DNA of 63,425 nucleotides, counting the filler, from Octopus bimaculoides (taxonomy: Eukaryota), in assembly GCF_001194135.2 (NCBI RefSeq). It is 6 parts of 6 records of this genome, joined end to end, with 100 filler letters (N's around TTAATTAATTAA, not from the genome) between each part and the next. Parts side by side here need not be neighbours in the genome. Positions count along the whole stretch, not along the records: positions 1 to 18,244 come from NC_068991.1; positions 18,345 to 41,290 come from NC_068987.1; 4 more parts are not named here. The stretch is one strand, 5' to 3'. Positions 13,858 through 26,105 of the stretch are shown here, one piece after another. Position numbers and translations under genes: made by a program. The stretch's first letter is position 1. Each line of letters opens with the position of its first letter. The notes under the pieces are model-generated. The model was not told the DNA's origin. It made no database searches and saw only the letters and a list, made by a program, of their open reading frames with translations.

Positions 13858-14535
13858 GAATCCATCCATCCATTTATTCTAACCACTATTCCTGGAAGGG
13901 CCGTGGATAGGGATAGATTCCTCGGGCACCTCCTCCACAGGGTCCTGTCAGTAGCACCCGTCATTCCACTTTCGGGTTGGTTTCTCCAGAGTGACCAACT
14001 CAGACTATGATTTATCCGTTCTTCTTGGTTTATCCCCAGGTCACCTGTAAGGTGTTTCGATTGAAGAATTCGTCATGTGATTATTTCTTGCCACAGTCTA
14101 ATCACATTTCCGTAGTAACGGAGCTATGAGCCCACCCAATCCGGAAAAGTAGCGATTCAACATGGAGAGATTTCCTGACACCTCCCCCCCCCCCTATTTC
14201 GGTGGCTTGTATTCGAGATCTTACGATTTTGGTCATTACCCAACATTCATGACCATAGGTGAGGATAAGCACGTGCACTGAATGAAAGAGAATGAGTTGG
14301 GATTTTTCTTACCAACCTCTCCTATTCTGAGGATCGAACGCTGGAACTGGCGAATTGCTATGTCAGCATTTGCATACCTAGCATCCAGTTCAACCTCCTG
14401 CTTCCCATTACTCGCGAATACGGCTCCGAGATGCTTTAAACTTCTCCGCTTGCCTCAGAGATGTTCGACTAACGTGCAGAGTTCACTGGGAAGAATTCTT
14501 GAGCGGATCAATCTCTCATAATTCACATCAAGCTG
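13858..14535 (-). mobile_element. RTE-clade LINE (Expander/Rex3-like) 3' part with (GGAT)n tail
   Basis: QAEKFKHLGAVFASNGKQEVELDAR...LTYGHECWVMTKIVRSRIQATE...LRYYGNVIR, with frameshifts. Ends in aatggatggatggatt. Confidence 0.8.
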
Positions 14536-14680
14536 ACAGGATCGTGAGCACGCCGTGCACGTCGTTCTGAGTTCAAATTCCGCCGAGGTCGACTTTGCCT
14601 TTCATCGTTTCAGGATCGATAAAATGAGTACCAGTTGAGCACTGGGGTCGATGTAATCGACTTTCCCCCTCCTCCAAACT
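14536..14680 (+). mobile_element. SINE family B
   Basis: gttctgagttcaaattccgccgaggtcgactttgcctttcatcgtttcaggatcgataaaatgagtaccagttgagcactggggtcgatg; the tRNA B-box-like gttcaaattcc is present. Confidence 0.9.
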
Positions 14681-14690
14681 TACTGATGCG

Positions 14691-14834
14691 TTAGGGTTTA
14701 GGGTTAGGGTTAGCGTTTAGGATTAGCGTTTAGGATTAGCGTTAAGGTAAGTGTTTATGGTTAGGCTTTAGAGTCTAGGGTTACAGCTAGGGATTAGGTT
14801 TAGGGTATAGGTTTAGGGTATAGGTTTAGGGTTT
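14691..14834 (+). repeat. Degenerate telomere-like (T)TTAGGG tract
   Basis: ttagggtttagggttagggttagcgtttagg...ggtttagggtataggtttagggttt. Confidence 0.75.
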
Positions 14835-16129
14835 GACTCGTCGTCAAAGAAATTGCATAGGCTAAATGAACACAAACGTGGTGATGTGCCTCTTTTTACA
14901 CAATTTTCATTTAAGGTTAACACCCTTCTCTTGAAAGTAAGGAACCCTATTTTCCTTAGTTTTCACTTTCTCCTTCATACTCGAAAGTTTAAACAAGTTG
15001 GCAGAGGTCATAGTTGTATTTAGGTTGCAAAGGTCCAAGAAAACACATAGTTCAAACTTTTGAAAATGAGGACAGCAACCAAAAATATGTTTCTAAAAAA
15101 AAAAAGTAATAAAAAGGTAAAAATGACGAAAATGAGGTACAAAGATCGTCAAAGGTTCCGAAAATATGCACAGTTCAAAGAAAATATACTAGTAAAAAAG
15201 ATACAAGTGGTGATTTAAGCAAAGTACAACTTCGCATGTTACTATAGAAACAGGCTCCAATGTGTCTGTGTCTTTCGGCTGGCTAAAATTACACGAAATT
15301 TGCAAATTTTAAAAATTATTAGCTTTTTATTTATTAATTTATCGCAAAAATGAATTTCATTTTCATAATTAGCATACAAAACTAAATCAGTACACCAAAT
15401 TTGGAAATAATTGGGACGAAATTTAGAAAGAAACAAAAATTGTGACAAGAACAGAAAAGATTCAGAAAGGAAGAGAGCAAGAAAGGAAGAAAGAAAATAA
15501 TGTTAAGAAAGGGTTTTAAAAAATAAGAGAAAATTAAACGAAAATAGGTCAAGAAAGAAAACGGAGCGGGGGGGGGGGGCGATAAGAGAAAAAAATCAAA
15601 ACAGAAAAAATAACAACAGAAAGACGAATAAATGAAAATGTGAGAAATAACAGTAAAGAAGGAAAGAAACAAGGAAGGAAGGAAGGAAGGAGGAAATAAG
15701 AGTGAGAGAATACAAGAAAACAAACTTCCTTCTTAAAAACAACAAAAGATCGATATGACAGATAGAAAAAGAAAAAAGAAAAAGAAAAAGAAGATTGATG
15801 ATGTGATTAGATGATAACAGTAAGGTATGGTTCGATACTGAAATTGTTTCGGTAATTAGGCTTTTTTTTTTATCTCCTCTCAATTCTGTGTGGATCAATT
15901 TTGATTGGTTAGATCGACGTTGTTTTCTATTGACAGCTTAAACTCTTTCCGATAGGTTTTNNNNNNNNNNNNNNNNNNNNNNNNNNNNNNNNNNNNNNNN
16001 NTGCTGTGATATGAATAGGAAGAGAATTCTTGCAAGAATAATAATGGTTTCTAAAACAGACAGAAGGTCAAATTGGCTGAATTTGAACCCACAGCGTAGA
16101 TTATATTTTCAGTCCAACTATTTAGTACA

Positions 16130-16740
16130 AGTTCTTTGGTTTACTGCAAGGGCCTCTCATTTAGTCCAATGGATTCTCCTTTAATACAAGTTGCTCTCGT
16201 TTAGTGTAAAATCTCGTTTAGTCCAAGCGCCTCTCGTTCAGTACATGATTTTTATCTTCCGTTTTGCGTTTATTGGAAGGTCTTCTTGTTTAGTATAAGG
16301 TTCTCTCCTTCAGAGCAAGGACTTTTCGTTTAGTCCAAGGGCCTCTCATTTAGTACTTAGCTTTATTATCTGCATTTAGAGGACGGTCCCCTGGTTTGGT
16401 GTAAGGTTCTCTTATTTAATGCAAAGTCCCCTCGTTTAGTACAGGGCTCTCTCTCGTTTAGTGATAGGTCCTCCGGTCTAATACTAAACGAGGGGACCTT
16501 GCATTAGATAAGAGAACCTTACGCGAAACCAGAGGACTTTCCACTAAATGCGGACGCAGATAATAGAGCTAAGTACTAAATGAGAGGCCCTTTAGTTTAG
16601 TACGTCGAACTCTAGTTTAGTACATGGTCTTATCTCCTGCACTATCGCTTAGTGCGAGGTTGTCTCGTTTAGTACAAAGTCCTTTTGTTTAGAATAAAAC
16701 CCACTCTCTTAGTACTATCCTCTATCCTAGAATTTAGTCC
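16130..16740. repeat. Degenerate ~21-bp minisatellite (ggtcctctcgtttagtacaa-like) containing a 104/110-bp inverted repeat
   Basis: Repeated ctctcgtttagt core. 16482-16591 is the reverse complement of 16338-16441. Confidence 0.85.
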
Positions 16741-17608
16741 AATGGTTGTTAGCTGGGATTCACATAAGATTTAATTATTAAAATTTATGAGCAATAAGTT
16801 GGTTACAAATCTATTATAAACAAAACGGTTTTTAAAAAATTTATACCTTTATAATAACTAATTATAAAAATAAAATAGGATTTTAAAAATATTCTTTGCT
16901 ACTCTAGGCATTTGGAAACAAATATAAAAACACTTTACTTTTCACTTGTTGGTTCTACATCTGTTGTTGGAAATTTTATAAAAGCTTTGACTGAGCATAC
17001 GATAGTTAATTCACTAATGCGTATGCGTTAACTGATAGGTAAAAATTCATTAAACACATTCTCTCTACCCCATTCTGTCCCTGTCTCTCTCTGTCTCTCA
17101 TATTCTCTGTCTCTCTGTATCTTCCTGTCTCCCCGCTTCACTGAAACCAGCCACACTCATTATGCCACCACATTTCCCTCAAACTAACACTTTTGCATCC
17201 TTATTTTATCATATAATAACTCAGCCCCAGCAGGAGGCCTATTAGCAATTTTTATAGAAATCCAATTAGCCTATAATTGAACTGGATGTTAGTTTAACAT
17301 GTATGCAAACTTTTGTGAAGATTGGTTCGCTGGTTTAGACAGAAAGATGGTAACAGATAGAAATTGCCATTTATATATAAGATTTCATCGTTCATGTTCC
17401 TCCAATTATAAGCCCAGCGGCCTTTTGCTGGTGACGTCACCAAATTAAACAATATCATCGATAACAGGTCGAGATTGAGGTGGCTTTCGGTCAATAACTG
17501 ATGAGAAGGCCCTTGCAGTAAACCAAACAGCTTTTTCGGATATTTTTAGAAAGGTGTTGCAGTCTGCTGGAATTCAAATAATTATGAGTAGACTTGTTTC
17601 GTCCACAT

Positions 17609-17652
<44 letters not shown>

Positions 17653-17973
17653 GTTGTTGTTGTTGTTGTTGTTATCTTCCTTATATAAAAGACTGTCGAC
17701 CGATCCTTTACAATATGAGCAATGCTGTGTTTTAATTATCAATTAAAGCCACTAAATTCAGAGTTGAAGTATCAGATATTAAGAAGCGTTTGTGGCTCAC
17801 AGAGATATTCTATGATTCATCTTAATCACATTACCGTTACTATCTGTCTGGCGGACTGGCTGATTGGCTGGATTATTAGCTTGTTGGCTTGTTGGCTTGT
17901 TGGCTTGCTTGCTAGTCATCATTTAAAGCGTCCCCATAATCTTTTGTATTGGCAGATAAGGACAGAGATAAGG

Positions 17974-18025
<52 letters not shown>

Positions 18026-18359
18026 TGATTGATTGATTGATAGAAAGACGAATAGACTGATAGAATACATCAAACGATAAATAGCCAGAGATTTTAGAGA
18101 CAGCTAAATAGACAGACAGACGGTCAGCTAGATATAGATAGGTAGATAAATAGACAGATTGATAGATAGATAGATAGATATCTTTTTATTATAGCCACAC
18201 AGGGCTAAATACAGAAAATGGACAAATTACAAAGTAGAGCTTTTNNNNNNNNNNNNNNNNNNNNNNNNNNNNNNNNNNNNNNNNNNNNTTAATTAATTAA
18301 NNNNNNNNNNNNNNNNNNNNNNNNNNNNNNNNNNNNNNNNNNNNATATATATATACACA

Positions 18360-20508
18360 CATGTCTGTATAAGTTATAGGCTATGAAACCCTCGAAGGGA
18401 TATTAAATATCCAATATACTACTGGATGAGCAGTATATATATATACATATAACCCTAGAGGAGCAAAAGTGAGAGGTTATCAAGGTAGAGTATGCTCTCA
18501 GGCAGTCAAACAAATGAACGTCTCCTGGAAAGTATAAAATTCCTAACTTATGGTTGAATGCTTGTCAAAGAGCCATGAACTGCTAATAAAACATTACAAC
18601 AATGTTTTGCAATAATATAGTATGATTCCCTCTTGGATAGTTAATGGTGTAGCATTCTCACTTCCAAAAATTGAAGAAACAAATTAAACAAACATTTATA
18701 GACCCATAACCTGCTTAACAACAATGTATAACATGTTAAACTCTTTCTTGACTTAATATACCTATAGATTTTTTTCTAAATAGAAAGTAGCATATCTCCT
18801 AATGAGCAAAACGTCTCTAAACGTGGGTTTTAAATATCAGATACACATCATCAATAAGATGAACATACAAGATTATCACAAACGATACAAAAGCTTGACG
18901 ATAGCCTGGATAGACTATAAAAATGCCTTTGATAGTCTACCACATCGCTGGGTTAAGAAATGCTTAGAAATGTATAAAATAGCACATACTCTACGAGACT
19001 GTTTGTTTGTAAGTATGATATGATGGAGAATCAAATCGTCTTTGAAGAATGACTATGAATTTATCAATGCTGGAGATGTAAGAATTACACGTGCCATTTT
19101 CCAGAGTGACTCTCTATCACTACGCCTCTTTTTTCTAGCAGAAATGCTAATCTCGAAAATCGTCAATGATATACAATACGGTTATGAAATGCTTCATTAT
19201 CTAATCGTAATAGAAAATATGAAAATTGTTGACAATGAATAGAATACACCACCCTAAGGCAGATATAGAACGACTTTTCTGGCCAATAAAAGAGGGCTGT
19301 CGTGGAATTTTACAACTGGAATTATCAATGACGATTGCCAAAATTTGCCTAGAAATCTACTTGAAAAGGTCTTATCACTGAATGTTAAAACCTGTCTCAA
19401 AGCATGGAAACAACAAAGCATCATACTCAATAACAAAACGGGCATATTCCAGAATTAGACGTACTAGAAACAAGCACAGAAAAAGCTAAACGTATGAAAA
19501 CTCGTGCTAAAATCGCTAGCTTAGATATTGTTACTGATAAATTGCAAATCAACCTCTCAATGGAAAATACCCAAAGAGAGCTAATAGTGCCGATGTTCAC
19601 AAAGATCATAACCATCACTGGTTAGTGTATTCTGTCTTAAAATCAGAAACAGAAAGGTTTATCATAGCAGCCCAAGATCAATGCCTACCCACAAGAAACT
19701 ATCAGGTCAACATATTAAAGAACGGCAGTAGCGCAACATGTCATGTGTGTCAACTACAAAATAAATCCATTGTTCATGTTGTCTCCATGTGCATTCTTGT
19801 TGCGCCTACAGAGTATCTGAAAAGGCATGATAGAGCAACACAATATATTCACTGGGTGATTTACAAAAACGTAGACCTGCCTCATGATAAAAGCTGGTTG
19901 GAACACGAACCACCTCCAGTACTTGAAAATGATCACATCTCACTCCTCTGGAATTCCATCATTCAAACTGACAGAAAGATAAATGTAGATAGGCCAGACA
20001 TTATATTGAAAGACCTCAGACAAAAATCATGCATTTTCATTGATATGACCCACCCATTTAATGATATGTTCAATCGACATAAATGTATCTATTAATACCT
20101 AGCAAAATCTGAGCAAGTATAAAGATCTTGAAATACAACTTGGCAAAATGTGGAACCTGAAGACAAAAAGAATATCTGTTGTTATAGGTGCCCTAGGAAT
20201 AATACCAAAGTGGGATGATTGCTACCTAGCTCAGATGCTAGGAAACCCCAATATGGCAAAAAATCAAAAGATAGCAATCATGGGATCTGCCCACATGCTA
20301 CGTAAAATAATGTCAATGTAATCTCAAATTTAAAACAAACTCATAATTTTCTTTTTTCTCAAACATTCTCTAGAACAATACTATGTGCAAAACCAAATAT
20401 ATGACACCTTAGGCTTAACATCAACTTCAACTACTAACTTGTTTTCTCTTGAGGCCTCGGGGTGAGACTTGGAGTCAACTTGTGCAAATAGAATGCAAAA
20501 GTCAAATA

Positions 20509-20510
<2 letters not shown>
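18360..20510 (+). mobile_element. R4/Dong-clade non-LTR retrotransposon (RT + CCHC knuckle + restriction-like endonuclease), decayed, 5' end lost in a gap
   Basis: SPGKYKIPNLWL; YRPITCLTTMY; AWIDYKNAFDSLPHRW; RAIFQSDSLSLRLFFLA; DIERLFWPIKEGCRG; ETERFIIAAQDQCLPTRNY; CHVC...HVVSMC; EYLKRHD; ENDHISLLWN..IQTD..RPDIIL; KYKDL; VVIGALG; MGSAHMLRKIMSM* (stop 20319-20321); 3' UTR; then (TAA)n. Confidence 0.92.
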
Positions 20511-20592
<82 letters not shown>

Positions 20593-20670
20593 AAGAAGAA
20601 GAAGAAGAAGAAGAAGCAGAAGAAGAAGAACAACAACAACAACAACAGCAACATCAACAACAACAATAGT
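20511..20670 (+). repeat. Compound trinucleotide tract (TAA)n-(GAA)n-(CAA)n
   Basis: Read directly; abuts the 3' end of the R4/Dong element. Confidence 0.95.
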
Positions 20671-20889
20671 AATATTCGTGCTGCATAGATGCACAATGAG
20701 GTTTTGTCATTGAACAGGTTGCAGTTTCAGAGCGACGAATATAATTTGACACACATTAAATTTAAATGTTGAAGTGAATCTGTGTGTGTTCATAAGTGAA
20801 TTTTTGTTCTTAAATGGCTGGCAAACATCTTCCACGCTGCAATTGTTTTGTTTCAGTGCATGATCTCAGATCGAGTCATTTCTATGCAA

Positions 20890-22168
20890 GTACATTACTG
20901 TAACTTAATTTTCACATGCGTCAGAATTTTTGTTGCTCCATCGGCATCACAGACGAACTTTATTCAGGACAAACACTAGCTGACAGACCAGATTCATCTG
21001 ACAGAGTATTTAAAATGAAGCCGAGGGATCTCTTGCATGATGTTTTGGAGACGAATGTATTATGAGAGCTTGCAGAGTACATGTGGTCTATGGAGTTTCA
21101 AACGCATGCACTACCCTATTGTCATATGTTGTTCTTATTGAAACTTATTCAGAAAATTATTATAAATTGGTTCATGCAGAACTTCAAAAATCCACTAACA
21201 CAATCTAAACATGCTACATGGTCAATGTCGAAGAGATAAACCCAATGCAACATGCATTGTTGATGTGAAATTTAAAAATCATTTGCCTAAGACATTTCAA
21301 GAATGTACGTTACACTTCACCGACGCCGAATAATGGCTTTACATTTATAAAGTCTAATGTTGAATTAGGTAATCGCTCAGTAGTACCATATTCCCCCCTT
21401 TTTTTAGTCAAATATGGAGGTTACTCTAATGTAGAGATATGTAATTCTAATAACTGAGTTAAATATATTATCAAATGTATTCATAAAGGTCATGATTAAA
21501 GGACAGTCAATACTTGTGGACAATGCCATAAAGATGAAATTCAAAATTATATAAATAGTCCCTATGTATCCTCATCAGAGGCACTCTGGAGGATTTTAGA
21601 GTTCAAATAAGATGGTTCATATCCAGCAATCCAACCGCTTACAGTTCATTTACACCAACAGCAATACATTTAATTAATCCCGATAATGATATTAAAAACG
21701 TTATTCACACACATAACAGGTCCACTCTCACTGAATGGATGCGAGTTAACCGAGAATCATCAGTTAAATCATTTACATATATATTACATTATACTCATTT
21801 CCCTGAATTTTACACATGGAATAATAGTGAGAAAATGTGACATCTCAGAAAAAATAATACACACTGAATTGGGCGTAGCTAATTTGTTTCACCAAAGAAA
21901 CAAGACCGATTCTATCTGAGAGCTTCACTTTATCATATTCTCAAAACTCTATCATTTGAAAATATGAGGATTTAAATTTTGTAGTTTGCCATAGTCACAA
22001 AGATGCTGCATTGAAACTGAGTTTAGCACCTCGTGACCGTGAATACCATCAGACTATGGAATTTGCAAATATTTTAGCTTCTACTCCATATAAGATACGA
22101 AGACTTTTCTGCTCCATAGCGTGTTTGCACTGGTTTACACACACACACACACACACATAGGTATCTAT

Positions 22169-22241
<73 letters not shown>

Positions 22242-22320
22242 TAGGGAGAGAGGGAGAGAGACAGGCTTTTATAATCCAACATTTCATTGAGAAACATTGT
22301 AAATAATTTACACATATTTG
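20890..22320 (+). mobile_element. Helitron Rep (HUH endonuclease) region, decayed
   Basis: DRPDSSDRVFKMK; MEFQTHALPYCHM (21090-21128; cf. IEFQKRGLPHAH); HMLHGQC; NRSVVPYSP..LVKYGGYSNVEIC; KGHD; DEIQNYINSPYVSSSEALWRILEF; LTVHL; TLTEW; FPEFYTW; RFYLR; IRRLF. All collinear with Helitron Rep, with stops and frameshifts. Confidence 0.9.
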
Positions 22321-25300
22321 CACGCTAAACCTGCTACCAATGTATAAAACCGAATGTTATTGTGTTGCAAGTGAAAGTGAGTATTTAATGTAGAACGTTT
22401 TTAACATTCGCTATGAAATTTAGAAATACAAAATGCTCTTGCGCCCATAACACATTTGTATCTTTTTTTTTTTTTTTGCATGTCCTCAAACTTCTTTTAC
22501 ATTTTCTCCTGTTTCATACAAACATGTTATTTCGGTTCATGAAACCTTTCGAATTTTATATATTTCTTAACTTTTTATGGGAAAAAAATCCTTGTTCCGC
22601 TTCTTTTTCAATCTCTTATGTGTATTTCATAGTTTTCGACGCTTATACCATTCTAAATGGTTTCACAAAATGAATGCTTCTATTTTATACATAAATATTT
22701 TGATACAGTTTTCTGTTTAATAGAAGGCATGTGTATGTAACACGACAATTATATACTTTGAATGAAGGTTCCATTTTCATGTCTAGTTAGTGTTTACTAT
22801 ATATTTTCTACGAAATTTATGTAAGAAAGCTATATGATACATCGATATGAAGTTATGAAGGTTCATATCGAGGTTTCACTCACTTAACGCTGCCTAACAT
22901 TTTTTTTCTGGTAATGTATCTGTGTTTTCATATTTTGTAAAATCATCACATGCATCAATGTCACCGTTTTGTTAGAAATTTAGCAAAGAGAAGTCTATTG
23001 TATGCAGTAACGCTGAGTCTCACTGTAATTATTTTCCTGGTCACGGAATCTCTCAAATTTGTCAGGAACATGGGTGCTCACAAATCAATTATAGAAAGCG
23101 AGTAAACGTAATTCAAAAATTAATAAATAGCTCTGAATTTAGTGAATCGCAATGTCTTTCCGAAAAACAGGGAACTTATATTTGATCAAATGAGATGTTT
23201 TCCATGCAGTTTTTGTAATGTTTTCAATATATGAATAGCACTAGAAGTATTACTATGTGACATATCCCATTAGACACCTCATTAAGATTGACACATGACA
23301 TATTCAGCTTGTCAAGGCGTTGCTCTTTGTCTTTAATTTTATCTATTTTAATTTATTTATTCAGTACAATAGGCCAAGGAACTGGACTTCAAATCCAACA
23401 ATGTAGCATACACATTTTTACTTGACGAACGCTAGACAGAAATTACATTTCCTTCCCATCGCAGCCATCTCAGATAAGGAATGACACTTTGAATCATTGA
23501 GCTTATAGATTTACTCAGAACTTACCGGATAGAATACGGCCAAGATACGGTGCCATCTCAATTGAGTTGGAGTTAAACAGCAGCAACATCTAGGAGGAGA
23601 CAACGAGGAGAAATATGAAGGTTATTATGATTTCGGCTATTTTTAAAACTTCATTTTAATTAAATCTGTATTTTTACAGTTGAATATTATCTGCCGGAAG
23701 CAATACAGAGATGTGTCATTTTAAAATATTTTCAATTAGTTTTGTAATTATGTTACATTTCAAAGACTATGAAATTGTATGTCCACTGTTAATACAGGGC
23801 AGTGATTTTTTTTTTCAATTTACAAAATATAGAACACGTTTTAACAAAATAATAAAGAGGAAGTTTACATTCATTAGTGAAGAACTATGTATTGCACGGT
23901 AGTTAATATAATAGTATTTCTCCTATTCATGACATATTGAAAAAGGTAATAAAGCCGCCGTGTGATAAATATTAACACAATCGTACGAACACATCTATGA
24001 ACAGGCAGATATATTTGTCTTTCGTTCAGTTTATTTATATTCGTGTATCGATTACACTAGAATATGCATAATCTTGTGTAAAATATTTGCTAGTTACTCT
24101 CATCTTTGTGTCATGTGTATGTCTTAGAACCCATACAATAGCAAACATGTTCTTTGAATATTTTCAGAATTTTGCTTATACACATGTAGCAGAGTTTCAC
24201 GGTATTGACTTTCTTTCTCCCAAGAACGACTTGTGAGCAACGAATGTACTAAAAACTCTTGCGTTACTCAATAATATCAGTATCTTATTGTCAAAATTGA
24301 GCAATTTTCTGTTCTATGACGTGTTAGTGTAAATAGGGATCTTATTTGACATTTATGTGACTGCATGCTAACTTGTACATGATGATATTTGTAACATCTT
24401 CAATAACATTACAGACATCAATAAAATTCCACGAAACAGCATCAACATGTTATAGGAAAACTGCTCTCAGACCACTTTCATTATTTCGCATTTTTAGTTT
24501 CAATGAGCAAAGAGGTCTTCGTATGACAAAAAACATGCACTGGACTAAAATTTGTCACACTTTTAAATCGCAACATAATTTAATTAAAGTCATTTGATTT
24601 CGAATATAAAATGACTAGTTTAGTGAGTTTGCTACAAAGAGATATCTATTTGTAATGTTGTAATCATATGAACATTTAAATTATTCGCATTTAGTGGCAT
24701 ATTTTCTACTTCCACTAATGTGCTGCACATCTGATTTCGATTAACAATCTGTACAAGTCAAAACATCATCATAATAGTTTCTATTATTCTCTCTTATTGT
24801 AAGCCTTCGCCATGTTATTTTAATCCATTTCTTTATACCTCTTTCTGTTTTTAATTATAAAGTTTAAAAAATGTAAATTATGTTTATTTTTATTATTTTT
24901 GTTCCTATGCATCTTCTTGCTTTTCATCATAACATTACTACTATTGTTAGTATTTATTTTATTATCTTGATCATCATTATTTTAATTTTCTTTTTTTTTT
25001 CGGTTAATTCATTGTTTTGTCTTTTTTTTATAATAGGAGAATTCGTTTAACTTAATGTAGGATTACTTGATCAATAACCCAATTGATGATTCATTTTAAA
25101 ATTGAAGCTAGTCATTGTTACCGACTTCAAATCATTCTTCAAAATATTCCTGACATTGAGATCTTTAGCTACTCAAGTCGAAAGATTCGAAGAAAGAATT
25201 GAATTAGCAGTCATCCTCTGACAGACGGGGAACAAATTTTCAAAGCGAATGATTAAAGCTTGTTCCAAGAAAACTGTTTTCAAATAAGGTTTGCTGAAAA

Positions 25301-25985
25301 AGAAACATGGAAAAATGTTTTAATTTTTAAAAATATAAAATAAAAATAAAACTGCTGCTACATTTTGAAATGTTACTAATAGAAAAAAATGTTCAATTTC
25401 AATTTATTTTATCGCAGGAATGGACTTTATATCATTTTTTTTCATTTTTTTTCTTTCATTTTAATTATTTCAACTCAATTTACAAATCCTGTCGAAAATT
25501 TTATTGGAAACATAATTTTGTTTACAGAATTTATTAATAGTTTGACTTGTATTTTATTCCAAGTCCAGAGGTATGTATGTCTGTGAATTATCATAAATGA
25601 ATGTGAGTAAAGGAATAACCGTGCAACTACACAATATATCTATAAATCGTTTTCATGATAATGTTTAGAGTAAGAGTTTAAAGTGGACATGTATTTACAG
25701 TTTTTAGTATCACTTAATTCAAAATTAAAAAATGCTTCAACTGGTCTATGTTGAAAAATATATATTTCGATATAATGAATAATACGGTGCAGTTTTGCTT
25801 CGCATGAAACGGTATAAATTCATGACTAGACTTCTAACACGTAAATCATGTCTCAAAAATATAGATGATGCATAGTAAGTTAAAACACGCAGCACTTGTT
25901 TTGTTTTCAATGTGAATATCCATACCACTTTTAAATATTAGGATAGGATCCGCGGCTTTTTGTATATAAACACACATGCATGCAC

Positions 25986-26033
<48 letters not shown>

Positions 26034-26034
26034 C

Positions 26035-26105
26035 AGTGGGAATGAATCCGGAACCATGTGGTTGGTATGCAAGCTACTTACCACACAGCCACTCCTGCGC
26101 CTATA
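26035..26105 (-). mobile_element. SINE family A head
   Basis: cagtgggaatgaatccggaaccatgtggttggtatgcaagctacttaccacacagccactcctgcgccta. Confidence 0.85.

Noticed and set aside
22900-24600. Helitron helicase continuation
   Set aside because: Only vague motif echoes (KTGNLY, HFESL); not enough to call by eye.
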